From IMG/VR virus record IMGVR_UViG_3300011336_000523, positions 1 through 55,886 of that record: DNA of 55,886 nt. One strand, written 5' to 3'. The DNA comes from a virus. Taxonomy: Duplodnaviria > Caudoviricetes. The notes beneath the pieces were generated by a model, which was not told the origin of the DNA, ran no database searches, and saw only the letters and a program-made list of their open reading frames with translations. Below, one piece after another: positions 18,616 through 29,378 of the stretch (the first letter of the stretch is position 1; each line of letters opens with the position of its first letter). The position numbers and the translations under genes were made by a program.

Positions 18616-19786
18616 ACAATGTCTTTCTTTACAAGCTGAAAGTGGTAAAGAAAAAGAACAGATAAATTCAAATCTATATTTAATACTAGATAATATAAAA
18701 TTTCAATACAATATTAAATTACAAATAGAAGAACAAGATAATGGTACTATTTACATTACTAAAGGTACAACAGATTATTATCCTTGTTTTGTAGCGCATT
18801 CTGACGATGTTGCTAAATACAATCCTAATAAAACATTAATTACTTTTGATAATGCTGATTGGATTAGAGCTTGTGATAAAATAACAGGTGTACCACATGA
18901 TGTAGCTGGTGATGATAAATGTGGTATTTGGGCAGCATTTCAAGCATTAATTGATTTACCTGCTGTTAAAGTAGCTATATTTGTTAGTGAAGAAAATGGT
19001 TGCAATGGTAGCAAAAATGCAAAAATGGAATTCTTTAAAGACTGTCAATTTGTAGCACAATTTGATAGAAAACATAATGAGAATGATTTCATTAATTTTA
19101 CTAATGGTGTAAAAGTTTGTTCTTCTGAATTTGAAACTTTTATTGCTCCTTATTTAAATAAGTATGAGTATAAATTAACGAGTGGTACTTGTACTGATGT
19201 AGGTCAATTAAGAAAGAATGGTTTAGAAATAAGTTCTTTTAATATTTCAGCAGGTTATGGTAAAGCACATACTAATGATAGTTTTGTTGTACCATCTAAA
19301 CTATTTAAATCTTATGATTTAGTTATTGAATTGTTTAAAAACTTTAAAGGACAGTCTGTATTTAAACAAGAAATTAAATCTGAAACAACTTTTACTTCAT
19401 CAAATGAAATAGTATCAGATGTTTCTAAATTACTTTCTAAAAAGTTTTATGAAATTCCTAGTAAAGATCGTAATAATACTCCAAGCAAAATAATTAATTG
19501 GGTTTTAAACGAGCTTAATTCTATGGATGAAAAACTTGAATTTTTATACCCTGATTACACTTGTGTAATTGATATTTTGTGGGATTATCTTTTAACAGAA
19601 GAAGAAGAAAAAAGATTAGCATTAAATGATGTTGATAAAAGAAAGAGTAAGTATATTTGCAAAAATCAATTTTGTCAAGAACCTAGACAGGTAGATTATT
19701 GGGCGATGGGAGGACCAGAAGAGGTATGTACTAAATGTAATAAAGTATTTCCTCATTACACAAATAATCAATTAGATGTTTTTTAA
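18590..19786 (+). CDS. M20/M28-family Zn metallopeptidase-like protein with C-terminal Cys cluster
   Basis: VAHSD, AGDDKCG, SEENGCNGS, QFDR, TDV, SAGYGKAHT; C-terminal Cx4C...CxxC. Confidence 0.87.
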   Translation: MLTRLQLLKQCLSLQAESGKEKEQINSNLYLILDNIKFQYNIKLQIEEQDNGTIYITKGTTDYYPCFVAHSDDVAKYNPNKTLITFDNADWIRACDKITGVPHDVAGDDKCGIWAAFQALIDLPAVKVAIFVSEENGCNGSKNAKMEFFKDCQFVAQFDRKHNENDFINFTNGVKVCSSEFETFIAPYLNKYEYKLTSGTCTDVGQLRKNGLEISSFNISAGYGKAHTNDSFVVPSKLFKSYDLVIELFKNFKGQSVFKQEIKSETTFTSSNEIVSDVSKLLSKKFYEIPSKDRNNTPSKIINWVLNELNSMDEKLEFLYPDYTCVIDILWDYLLTEEEEKRLALNDVDKRKSKYICKNQFCQEPRQVDYWAMGGPEEVCTKCNKVFPHYTNNQLDVF

Positions 19787-20186
19787 AAAATCAAAAAAAG
19801 TTGGAGAGAATCAAAAAATAAAAAACGCTACAAAAGTAGTGTATAATGATATTAAATTTGATTCAAAACTAGAGTTTTATTTCTATAAACTATGTATAGA
19901 CAATAACATAGAAGTAGAATTAAAACCAAAGTTTATTCTCCAACCTAAATTTGAATATCAAGGTGAAAAGTTTAGGGAAATAGCAATGTTTCCCGACTTT
20001 CATTTACCATCTTTTAAGTTTATTGTAGAAACTAAAGGTTATGAAAACGATGGATTTAGAAATAAGTACAAAATGTTAATGTACAATTTCTTTATTAACA
20101 ATCAAAATTTAAAATATGTTTTAATTAAAACTAAAAAAGAATGTGATGAATTCATAGATAATTTAAAAAATACTAATCATGACTGA
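19776..20186 (+). CDS. PD-(D/E)xK nuclease (DUF1064-like)
   Basis: IKFDSKLE, PDF and VETKG motifs. Confidence 0.85.
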   Translation: MFFKKSKKVGENQKIKNATKVVYNDIKFDSKLEFYFYKLCIDNNIEVELKPKFILQPKFEYQGEKFREIAMFPDFHLPSFKFIVETKGYENDGFRNKYKMLMYNFFINNQNLKYVLIKTKKECDEFIDNLKNTNHD

Positions 20187-21384
20187 AAAAAAATTAAAGG
20201 ATATTGCACTTTATTGTCTTAAAAAACTTGAAGAAAATCCTGATTTAACTATTAAAGGAATTGCTAAAGAAGTTTGTAAAGATACTAAATATAGTTTAGA
20301 AACTTTAAGAAGAGCTATCTACAAAAGAGCAAAAAGCAATTCTCATGAAGAGTTAAGTAAAAAGTCAGAAGAAATGGGTTTTCCAATAGAAAATGTATCT
20401 TCTTATTGGTTAAAAAATAAACACATTTCTGTACATGTTAAAGGAGATAGTACAAATTCAATAGATTATTTAAAAGCTATTAAAGAAATAGTAAATGAAT
20501 ACTGTACAGTTCCTTTAAAAGTAATTAAAAAAAGTAATTCAAATTCTACAAAAGCAATTAAAGCTACTTTAAGTGATATGCATGTAGGATTAGAACCAAA
20601 TCCTAACAATAAAGCTATTTTTGCTTATGAGTATAATGAAGAAATTTTTAAAAATAACTTAAATAAAGTATTTAATTCTATTATTAAAGAATATGATGCT
20701 AATGGTAAATTTGATATTTTAATTATTGATGATTTAGGTGATGGATTAGATGGTTGGGATGGTATGACTACTAGAGGTGGTCATAAATTAGACCAAAACA
20801 TGTCTAATGAACAAATGTTTAAAGTATTTGTTGAAGGTAAATTATCTTTAATTGAAAATTGTATTAATGCAAATATAGCTGATAAAGTTATTGTAAGAAA
20901 TGTTGCATCTGATAATCATTCTGGTTCATTTGCTTCTATAGCAAACATGACTATTGAAATGATTTTAAATAAAGTGTACAGTAAAAACGATGTTAGTTTT
21001 TATATTCTTACAAAATTTATGGAGCATTTTGTATATGGTGACCATACTTTTATATTAACACATGGTAAAGACCCTAAATATATGTTTAGAGGATTACCGT
21101 ATGAGTTAAATGATAAATCAATTTCTTTTATAAATGATTACATAGACCATTTTAATATTAATACGAGGTTTATACATTTAGAAAAAGGTGATTTACATAG
21201 AATAGGTTATTCAAGAACTAAAAAGTTTGATTACAGAAATTTTATGTCGTTTGCTCCTCCTTCTTCATGGGTGCAACACAATTTTGGTGATTGTTATTCA
21301 GGGTATTCTATTCAAATAATTAATAAATACTCTGGAGAAATATCCCATACAGATTATTATTTTGATTTAAAAAAATTATCTTAA
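20179..21384 (+). CDS. Calcineurin-like metallophosphoesterase with N-terminal HTH
   Basis: SDMHVG, LGDGLDG, DNH, THG, GDLH motifs. Confidence 0.87.
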   Translation: MTEKKLKDIALYCLKKLEENPDLTIKGIAKEVCKDTKYSLETLRRAIYKRAKSNSHEELSKKSEEMGFPIENVSSYWLKNKHISVHVKGDSTNSIDYLKAIKEIVNEYCTVPLKVIKKSNSNSTKAIKATLSDMHVGLEPNPNNKAIFAYEYNEEIFKNNLNKVFNSIIKEYDANGKFDILIIDDLGDGLDGWDGMTTRGGHKLDQNMSNEQMFKVFVEGKLSLIENCINANIADKVIVRNVASDNHSGSFASIANMTIEMILNKVYSKNDVSFYILTKFMEHFVYGDHTFILTHGKDPKYMFRGLPYELNDKSISFINDYIDHFNINTRFIHLEKGDLHRIGYSRTKKFDYRNFMSFAPPSSWVQHNFGDCYSGYSIQIINKYSGEISHTDYYFDLKKLS

Positions 21385-21387
21385 ACT

Positions 21388-22224
21388 ATGGAAAAATTAA
21401 CAATAATAGATTGTGATTCAATTTGTTATACTGCTTGTTTTGGTATTAAATTGTTAGATGAACAAGGTAATCCAATTAAAGTAGATAATAAATTTACTTA
21501 CAGAGATAAAACAGATTTAGAAGTGTATGATTCTGTAAATACAATTATGGAAGATATACTTAGAACTACAGAATCTAAATCTTATATTGGTTTTATAAAA
21601 GGTAAAAACACTATTACTTCTAGAAAAGAAGTTAATCCTACTTATAAAGCAAATAGAACTTCAGAATTACCACAACACTATGCAATAGCTAAAAAGCATT
21701 TAATAGAATATTGGAATTGTGTAGAAGTAAATAATTATGAAGTAGATGATATAGTTAATGCAGCTTACAATCATTTTAAAAATGAGTATTATACTATTAG
21801 AGTTAGTATCGATAAAGATTTAATGTCTTTAGCAGGTAATAACTATAATTGGAGAAAAAAAGAAATAATAACTAATACATTAGAAGATGAAGCGTATTTC
21901 TTTTGGAAATCTATGATTACAGGTGATTCTGCTGATGGATGTAAAGGTTTACCTAATAAAGGACCAAAATTTGCAGAAAAAATATTATTAGGTGAGGGTT
22001 CATTTCAAAAAAATACTAACATATTTCCAAAAATTGTATTAGGTCAATATGTAATAGCGTATGGTGAAGATACTGGTATAAGAGAATACTATAAATCATA
22101 CAATAGTTTAAAGATTTTAAATACTGTAAATGATTATGAGTATCCTGAAATTAATGTTGTGAATTTACCTGTACTAGAAGAGGTAGATGTGTTGGAAGAA
22201 ATACCTAATTTTAATGAAAATTAA
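21388..22224 (+). CDS. 5'-3' exonuclease / flap endonuclease
   Basis: IIDCDS, YKANR, EVDD, SIDKDL, GDSADG motifs. Confidence 0.92.
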   Translation: MEKLTIIDCDSICYTACFGIKLLDEQGNPIKVDNKFTYRDKTDLEVYDSVNTIMEDILRTTESKSYIGFIKGKNTITSRKEVNPTYKANRTSELPQHYAIAKKHLIEYWNCVEVNNYEVDDIVNAAYNHFKNEYYTIRVSIDKDLMSLAGNNYNWRKKEIITNTLEDEAYFFWKSMITGDSADGCKGLPNKGPKFAEKILLGEGSFQKNTNIFPKIVLGQYVIAYGEDTGIREYYKSYNSLKILNTVNDYEYPEINVVNLPVLEEVDVLEEIPNFNEN

Positions 22225-22774
22225 CCAATTACAAATTGAAAAGAATAAGTCATTATATTTTTTATTACCATTGACGTTTATACCGAAATCCTATTTTGAT
22301 AAAGCAATAAATTTCTTTGCTTTAAATGCACATAAACCTGAATTAGATAATCACATTTTTGTCTTATTTGAAAAAGACTTAATGGAAGATCGAGAAATAA
22401 ATAGATTTCAAAACTTTAACACATTTGAAAATGTTGAAGATTTTGGAGAACTATTATTAGTAACTTTTAAATTACCACCTTATTTTAAAGCTGATAGAGA
22501 TTTATTTATCAACGGTTTGTATTCTAAATATTCTGATAAAGCAAAACAAGCTATTAATGAACATTTACCACAAAAAGTAAAAGTAAACAATAAATGGGTA
22601 GTAAGTAATGCTTTTAAAATATTATATCCTACAAAAGCTGATAGAGATTATTTAGGTGATGTATTAGGAGTAAAATTAGAACCAGATGCTGAAATTTATT
22701 CAATACCAGATACTGAACTTGAAACTTTTAATATTAATAAATTTTATCAATTATTTTTAGATATTAATAATTAA
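22214..22774 (+). CDS. Hypothetical phage protein; likely start MKINQLQ
   Basis: ORF track 22187-22774; last gene of the + arm. Confidence 0.8.
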   Translation: MKINQLQIEKNKSLYFLLPLTFIPKSYFDKAINFFALNAHKPELDNHIFVLFEKDLMEDREINRFQNFNTFENVEDFGELLLVTFKLPPYFKADRDLFINGLYSKYSDKAKQAINEHLPQKVKVNNKWVVSNAFKILYPTKADRDYLGDVLGVKLEPDAEIYSIPDTELETFNINKFYQLFLDINN

Positions 22775-22778
22775 TTCT

Positions 22779-22831
22779 AATGTGTCATATAGATTGCAAG
22801 AATAAAAATCTTGTAATTTGTATGACACATT
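22779..22831. terminator. 23-bp hairpin at the convergence of the two transcription arms
   Basis: AATGTGTCATATAGATTGCAAGA/TCTTGTAATTTGTATGACACATT with three G.U pairs. Confidence 0.7.
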
Positions 22832-22855
22832 GCTTTAAAAAAAATTTTCGCCCTA

Positions 22856-23086
22856 CTATTTTTCTATCTTAATAATTATTTCTACTGGTTCTCCTAGTAC
22901 AATATTCATACTATCATCCCATACAATGTACCAATATTCATTGTTATATCCATAATCGCACCAACTTTGTGTTGTTGCATCTGGAGATACTGGTATTCCA
23001 TAGTACACATTAAGTGCATGAATAGCATCTTTAGCTTCTTGTTCCGTATTAAATCGGTAACCCAATTGAGTAATATTTTCCAACAT
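22856..23086 (-). CDS. Small tail-module protein
   Basis: 76 aa, overlaps the upstream fibre gene. Confidence 0.7.
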   Translation of the reverse strand: MLENITQLGYRFNTEQEAKDAIHALNVYYGIPVSPDATTQSWCDYGYNNEYWYIVWDDSMNIVLGEPVEIIIKIEK

Positions 23087-23969
23087 TTTTAATTATATTT
23101 ATATATGTTTCAGGTTGTATATGAATTTGACCATCAAATATGATTAATTCAGAAGTAAATCCTAAACCAAAAATATTACTAGATATACTTAAAGAACTTG
23201 ATGGAAATGCAGGTATAGAACCACTTCCTGAATCAAAACCATTTCCTAACCCATTTATAAAATTGCTAGTATTTGACCCTGCCCAATAAAACATGTAAAG
23301 AAGTGGATTACTTCTTAATAAAAATGCTTGAACATCTGCGGTTGCACCTCCATTAACTGTATAACGTGAACGAAAAGAAGGTGATGTTGTAGGAATATTA
23401 CCAGTAGGGGATATAAAATTTTGTGTAAATATACTTAAGTTATTTGACCCTGCTAAACTTGTAAAAAATTGACAAACATATTTTGTTCCACTTTGATTTT
23501 GATAATTTACAGTAACTAATGACATAGCCATACTCCAATCAAATGCAGTAGTTGTATGTGTCAAAAATCTGTTACTATTCATGTTTAATGAAGGTACGCC
23601 ATTTATTGTGTAAAGAACCCCATTTAATATAATTATAGGTTGTGAGTTTGCTGTACCTTGAATTGCATTTCTTGCAAAACCACTTTGGTCATACCAACGA
23701 GTTACAAAAGCATTACCAGTTGGACAAAAATCTTGCAATGTTTTTATATCTAATTTACCAAATTGGTCAGCATAAATATCTAATTCAGCATTATCTCTAC
23801 TTCTTCTTACTCGAATTAATGCACCGTTATAATTTGCATTTACTAACCTTAAAGAATACGCAAACATTACTTTATCTGTAATATTGCAAATAGGACTATT
23901 ATTTGCAGGTATTCTAAATACCGCATCATCTGTATTTTTTTGCCAAGTGCTATTTGGTATTCCGTTCAT
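23049..23969 (-). CDS. Tail fibre / receptor-binding protein, arabinofuranosidase-B/ConA-like fold
   Basis: AYSLRL...YxGxxIRVRRSxDNAExDI and WYDQSG...AxQxTAxxQP motifs. Confidence 0.75.
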   Translation of the reverse strand: MNGIPNSTWQKNTDDAVFRIPANNSPICNITDKVMFAYSLRLVNANYNGALIRVRRSRDNAELDIYADQFGKLDIKTLQDFCPTGNAFVTRWYDQSGFARNAIQGTANSQPIIILNGVLYTINGVPSLNMNSNRFLTHTTTAFDWSMAMSLVTVNYQNQSGTKYVCQFFTSLAGSNNLSIFTQNFISPTGNIPTTSPSFRSRYTVNGGATADVQAFLLRSNPLLYMFYWAGSNTSNFINGLGNGFDSGSGSIPAFPSSSLSISSNIFGLGFTSELIIFDGQIHIQPETYINIIKNVGKYYSIGLPI

Positions 23970-24403
23970 TAATAATTACCTCCTCTAGCTATTACATTAT
24001 ACGCAGCACCTGTACCTGTTTGTGTTGCAGAAATTGCACACCACAAAAACTGTCCACTTGCTAAAAATAAACCATTTGCAAATGTAATCGTTTGTGAACC
24101 ACCTATTGCTGATGGTGATGGAGTTGCAACAGGTAATGCTATTTCTGACAGCAATCTAGGGTTTGCACCTGCTGCTGATGTAGTTATCCATATACGACCA
24201 ACTGCTGCTACGCTTGCTTGTGTATGAGATGTTGCTACATGGGTAAATGTAATAGTATCTATTCTACTACCATCAGTTCCAGCTGTAAATAATAAAGAAG
24301 CATTTGTTGTATCAGATAAATCTCTAGTTGTGTTTGCTGTTGTTACTGTTGCTGTACCTACATTAGAAGTAAGTACAAAAATTGGGTTTATATTTGCTGC
24401 CAT
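23969..24403 (-). CDS. Tail-associated structural protein
   Basis: Ala/Thr-rich beta protein MAANxxPIF...FTAGxDGSRI...GGNY. Confidence 0.7.
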   Translation of the reverse strand: MAANINPIFVLTSNVGTATVTTANTTRDLSDTTNASLLFTAGTDGSRIDTITFTHVATSHTQASVAAVGRIWITTSAAGANPRLLSEIALPVATPSPSAIGGSQTITFANGLFLASGQFLWCAISATQTGTGAAYNVIARGGNY

Positions 24404-24408
24404 AAAAT

Positions 24409-25974
24409 TTACATTAAAGTATTATATGAATATAATTTAGAACCTACTGATTGTGCATTTATATTATTTAATTGCGTTTGAATACTTGAAGTAGCATCAT
24501 TAAATAATTGTTGATTATCAGTTTGATATCTTTTATTTGTTGAATCTGCTATATCTGCTGTTGTAGCATCCGCTCCTGTTGTTACAAGACCATTTTCATC
24601 GTAGGTTATTTTAGTTTTTGTCGCCCCTGTTATTGCTACATTTTTTTGTAAAAACAAGCCAACCGCCCAATCATAAATAGCTTTAGCAGTTAAATACAAA
24701 GTATTTGAATTTGTATTTCCTGTCATGGTAGTAGCTTTATTAACTACATTTTCAGGTATATAACCAAGTACTGTAGATATTGATGCAGTTTTCCATTGAG
24801 CAGGAGAAATAGAATTGTCATACCACAATATATCTTTTAATGAAGGATTTTGTGCTTGTACATTATGTAGTTCATCAAGTTCATACCCATTTTGTACTTT
24901 AACATACATTCTACCTGCTGAACCATTACTTGCTGTAGTAACAACTCCTAAATATACTAAATGATTTGGAGCGTGTGGTTTAATATTTGTAATAGTTCCT
25001 GCTGTTGCTCCAAGATATACAGGATCTCCATCTGACCAAGTTGAAGTTGGAAGAATATTTAATCCATCTAACAACCCTTGCATCATTATAATACCTTTTT
25101 GATTTACTCCAATAGATGTTGAAAGTACAAAACCTACTGTTCTTGCTGATGTAGCATCTGTTAAATTTGATGCTCTTTTTACAGTCATTCTATCTCCTGT
25201 ACCACTAAAAGCATATACAGGCATACCTTTTGTTAATGTTACACTATCTTCATTTGTTACATAAGCAAATAAACTATTTGGAGCTGTTCCAATAACTTGA
25301 AATATGTTAAGTGCTGAGTTATATACACATAACATTTCACCTCCATTTAATATATCTCCACCTAATAACGGACCATCATTATTTCTATAAAGAGCTACTG
25401 CTCCTAATGAATTTATATTTAAAGTGCATCCTGTAGTGTTTCCATTAGTAAATCTAATAAAATAAACATCCCCATCAGCGTAAGCAGTTACTCCTGTAAT
25501 TGTAGCAGTATATGTATCTATTCCTGACGCTATTGCATGCTGTATTCCAGTAGATTGTGCGCTACTACCACCTATTAATAACCAATAACTAGTTTTATTT
25601 AAAAGCACATAAGTATTTACAGCTTTTAAATCTGTTTTATCAATTAAATTTGTACCATCAAATTCTTTAATAGGTAATCCACCTAACTCATTTACATTTA
25701 ATGTACTAATATTTGTACTATCTATATTAGGTTGAAATATATAAACTGCTTCTGTATAATATTCAGTAATTGGTTTATCTGATACATATGTATTAGCACT
25801 ACCTGTAATAGTACCTAAATCAAATACTTGTTGGTTATTTAATTCTACTAAACTAATTAAATTTTCTAATGTAGTAGCTTGGTCTTTATTAGCTATAGCA
25901 TTATAGAATGGAAACCTAGCACTTCCAGGTACATTACTTTTTAACGGTAGTTGTTTAAAAAATATTCCACTCAT
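24409..25974 (-). CDS. Tail fibre protein
   Basis: Repeated NTxxxTLNxNxLG units, VKVQNGYELDELHNV, TKITYDxxGLVT fibre motifs. Confidence 0.8.
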   Translation of the reverse strand: MSGIFFKQLPLKSNVPGSARFPFYNAIANKDQATTLENLISLVELNNQQVFDLGTITGSANTYVSDKPITEYYTEAVYIFQPNIDSTNISTLNVNELGGLPIKEFDGTNLIDKTDLKAVNTYVLLNKTSYWLLIGGSSAQSTGIQHAIASGIDTYTATITGVTAYADGDVYFIRFTNGNTTGCTLNINSLGAVALYRNNDGPLLGGDILNGGEMLCVYNSALNIFQVIGTAPNSLFAYVTNEDSVTLTKGMPVYAFSGTGDRMTVKRASNLTDATSARTVGFVLSTSIGVNQKGIIMMQGLLDGLNILPTSTWSDGDPVYLGATAGTITNIKPHAPNHLVYLGVVTTASNGSAGRMYVKVQNGYELDELHNVQAQNPSLKDILWYDNSISPAQWKTASISTVLGYIPENVVNKATTMTGNTNSNTLYLTAKAIYDWAVGLFLQKNVAITGATKTKITYDENGLVTTGADATTADIADSTNKRYQTDNQQLFNDATSSIQTQLNNINAQSVGSKLYSYNTLM

Positions 25975-26516
25975 TATAAACTAGCTATGTAATAAATTGG
26001 GTCTAAATCTAATTCTTTATCTAATTGATACACATTTTCAGGTAGTTCTATTAAAGTAGCTATTTCTAGTAACTTTAACATTGGTCTTATCCAAGATTTA
26101 TTAAAAAATCCTCTAAAATGTTTATCAACACAATCAATTTTATATTTAGTAAACAAAGATACATAATTTTCAATAGTAGGATTTCTTTTTAATTCTTCTT
26201 TAAACAATAATAAAAACGCTATTAAATAATTAGCTTGTCTACCAAAATCTAATTCATAGAAACTTTCTTTACCTATCTGGTCTTTATTTTGTACATTAGT
26301 TAATGTTGTAAATAAATCTTTTTTAATAAAATTAAATAAAGTAACATAATCCATTTCCCATTGACTTTGTTCAAATGGTTTAGCGTATATAAATTGTTTT
26401 GTACAATCTAATCCTGTAGTGGGTATAGAACAATCTTTGTAACCAATAAAGAATTCATCTTCAGAATGTTCTGAAGGTTCCCATTCTCCTAATTTATATA
26501 CGCAATTATCTTCCAC
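25974..26516 (-). CDS. Hypothetical tail-module protein (180 aa)
   Basis: ORF track, GTG start, tight gene packing. Confidence 0.7.
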   Translation of the reverse strand: MEDNCVYKLGEWEPSEHSEDEFFIGYKDCSIPTTGLDCTKQFIYAKPFEQSQWEMDYVTLFNFIKKDLFTTLTNVQNKDQIGKESFYELDFGRQANYLIAFLLLFKEELKRNPTIENYVSLFTKYKIDCVDKHFRGFFNKSWIRPMLKLLEIATLIELPENVYQLDKELDLDPIYYIASL

Positions 26517-26520
26517 TTTA

Positions 26521-27612
26521 TTAATATTTTATTATTGCTGTATCTATTATTGTTGGTTGGAAATGTTTTTGACCTCCACCTGTATTTTGTGACATTGTAA
26601 TGTTTGCCGTGCCGCTATTTGTAGCTAAAGAAAATCCATTGTCTTGTGAACCTTTAAGGAAATAATCACCACCACCTGCACTATTTTCGCCATCATTTGA
26701 CAAGCTATGGCTATGTCCACTATCACTAGCAGTCCAAGGACTAACAACAGGCAAAGCACTTACAGGTATTATTTCAGCACCAAAACTATTACCTAATGTA
26801 CCAAAATTAGTATCAAATGGTATAACTGATTTATATGTACCTGATACTTTACCTCTATAATCAGGTAAAGTTATTTGTTTATTAGCTAACCAATCAGATA
26901 AAGCACTAGTTCCTCTACCTCCAGGTACAGCACATTGTGTATTAGCATAATTACTCCAAATATGTATAAATAAATTTTTGTATTTATTATTTGCATCTGT
27001 AGCTCCACTACTTGCATTACCTATTGTAGTACCATTTAAAAGTAAAAATCCATCAGGAGCTGTTATTGAAGAATATCTCCATATAACACCTACAGGAATT
27101 AATCCTTGACCTGTTTCAGGATTAGATACAATACTTGTAACAGTATTAGTTATAATAGAAACTAATTCAGTAAGTGTGTAAGTTCTAGCTTTTAACCAAG
27201 CTACTAAATCATTATGTAATTTTAAAATGTAAATTTTATTTTTACCAAAACTGTCTATTGTAAAATCAAGTACATTTTGTGAAGCTGACAAAGCTCCTGA
27301 ATTTGCAGAAACAGATACAAAATCATTAGTTGTTTTATATACTTCAGGTAATTGTTGAGGAGTTACATAAACACTATCTGTTGGGTCAATAGAAGTACCT
27401 ACATTATCTTTAGTAGCTCTATTTTCTGTTTTATGAACAAAAGAGTCTAATATGCTATAAAGCATAGTTCTAATCCAAGAACTTCTATTTTTAGTAACAT
27501 CTGTACTACTAGTTATTACTAAACTTTTTAATGTACCATTAATATTATTATTTTTAACATCACTAGCTTCTGCAGTAAAATCTCCACCATATATTTCATT
27601 TCTACTTTTCAT
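26521..27612 (-). CDS. Tail fibre protein with collar domain
   Basis: IPVGVI...APDGFLLLNG...LF...LPDYRG and C-terminal QP...IIKY. Confidence 0.85.
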   Translation of the reverse strand: MKSRNEIYGGDFTAEASDVKNNNINGTLKSLVITSSTDVTKNRSSWIRTMLYSILDSFVHKTENRATKDNVGTSIDPTDSVYVTPQQLPEVYKTTNDFVSVSANSGALSASQNVLDFTIDSFGKNKIYILKLHNDLVAWLKARTYTLTELVSIITNTVTSIVSNPETGQGLIPVGVIWRYSSITAPDGFLLLNGTTIGNASSGATDANNKYKNLFIHIWSNYANTQCAVPGGRGTSALSDWLANKQITLPDYRGKVSGTYKSVIPFDTNFGTLGNSFGAEIIPVSALPVVSPWTASDSGHSHSLSNDGENSAGGGDYFLKGSQDNGFSLATNSGTANITMSQNTGGGQKHFQPTIIDTAIIKY

Positions 27613-27623
27613 TTTATTATTTT

Positions 27624-29378
27624 TTAAGAATTACATCCACAATCGCTATTACTACTACTTACAACATTACCACTAAAAGAACTATCTGTACAATTTTCAC
27701 ACAATTTATTCATTTCTGAAAATGTTTGAGAATATGTCATTAATTCTTGTAAATGGTCTTCTATATCCCAAGTTTCAGGTACAGATTGTTGCATTTTAAT
27801 ATCATTCCAATAAGAGTAAATTACACTTTTATAAATTTCAAACTTAGAATTTGCTATTTTAAGGTCATCGTATTCTTTTTGTTGTGCTTTTTTCTCATCA
27901 CAATCAGCACACCAATTAAATCCTAATAATTTTCTTCTAAGTTCTACTTCACAAGATTTAATGTTACAATCATAAAATAGTACTTGTGTAGAAGTATTAC
28001 CTACTTTAACACCATATTCATCAAATACTTCAAATATTATTTGATAAAATCCATCATTTAATTTAGGTATTTCATATTCAAATAAAGGAGATACTAAAAC
28101 ATCTTTAAGTATTATTTGTTGAGATATACTATCTACAATGTTAGAAGAATTGTACGTTTTAATTGTAAACTTAACATAATAATTTGCTGATATATTGTTA
28201 ATCTTAGGATTGTTACAATCACCAGTAGTTAATACATAAGAATCACATATATTAATACTCCATTCTTTAGTTATACATGTACAACAATTACATAATTCAG
28301 CAGTTAATTTATACGAACCTTTTTGTAATTGTTCTATGTAATCATATCCATTAGCTGTAGTAGGATTTGAATAAGATGTTGGACCATCTATTAATTCTAA
28401 TTCACCATCAACATATTGATAAAGATTATATGTTAATGTAGATGCTTCTATACACCTAATAGATGTTGGAAGTGATGGTACAGGTTTAGGAGCTATACTT
28501 AATATATCAACATGAATTTCATCATTTACAGAAACACAACATTTAAACGGTTCTTCAAAAACTACTTCAGGTTTGTAAGGGTATAAGTTAATAGTTGTTC
28601 CTAAAGTACCTGCAGTAATAAAATAAAATTGAGTAGAAATAGATTGATAAATAACTTCATTGTTACAATTAGTAGGGTCTTTTACAGTTCTTATAGCTCT
28701 TAATTGTAAATTTTGTATTACATCACAAAAACAATATTGTAATCTAGCAGTACCATAAGCATAAAAAGGGTAATAAACCATTGATGAACTGTTAGACATT
28801 TCACTAACACCCATTGTAACCCAATCATTATTATCTATTTTATATTGGTAAGTTACATCACCTAGTAAACTAAATCCAGAATTATCTAATGGATTGTAAA
28901 TATCATAATCTTCATCTATATAAGTTAAATTAATACAAGAACTACATTTTTTTTGCTCTACTGAAAAAAATGATTGATTTATAGTTAATCCTAAATAATA
29001 AATTTCTTCACTTTCATCAGTATAAATAACACTTAATGCACTTATTAAACTACCAAAATTATCAGAATACCCATATTGAAAAGAAAGATTTGAAATATTA
29101 CCAGTAATTTCAAATCTATTTGTTGTATTATTAAAAGTAGTACTTAATCCAGTTGAACTATATATATATCCATATACACTACTATTAGCAATATTAGTAG
29201 CTGCTGAATCTACAACTTTATTACTTTCTGGACTAATATATATTGCAACATTTGTAGCATCAAGTTCACATATAATAAAATTATTAAAAAGTGAACTTAC
29301 ATTAGTATCTGGATTAGAGTTACTACCAAATATAACTGGATTACCAAATTGATTTAAATTAGCAGATACTTGTAACAT
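27624..29378 (-). CDS. Cys-rich structural (tail) protein
   Basis: 584 aa with many Cys clusters (CSSC, CFC, CNCCTC, CADC, CENC, CGC). Confidence 0.7.
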   Translation of the reverse strand: MLQVSANLNQFGNPVIFGSNSNPDTNVSSLFNNFIICELDATNVAIYISPESNKVVDSAATNIANSSVYGYIYSSTGLSTTFNNTTNRFEITGNISNLSFQYGYSDNFGSLISALSVIYTDESEEIYYLGLTINQSFFSVEQKKCSSCINLTYIDEDYDIYNPLDNSGFSLLGDVTYQYKIDNNDWVTMGVSEMSNSSSMVYYPFYAYGTARLQYCFCDVIQNLQLRAIRTVKDPTNCNNEVIYQSISTQFYFITAGTLGTTINLYPYKPEVVFEEPFKCCVSVNDEIHVDILSIAPKPVPSLPTSIRCIEASTLTYNLYQYVDGELELIDGPTSYSNPTTANGYDYIEQLQKGSYKLTAELCNCCTCITKEWSINICDSYVLTTGDCNNPKINNISANYYVKFTIKTYNSSNIVDSISQQIILKDVLVSPLFEYEIPKLNDGFYQIIFEVFDEYGVKVGNTSTQVLFYDCNIKSCEVELRRKLLGFNWCADCDEKKAQQKEYDDLKIANSKFEIYKSVIYSYWNDIKMQQSVPETWDIEDHLQELMTYSQTFSEMNKLCENCTDSSFSGNVVSSSNSDCGCNS

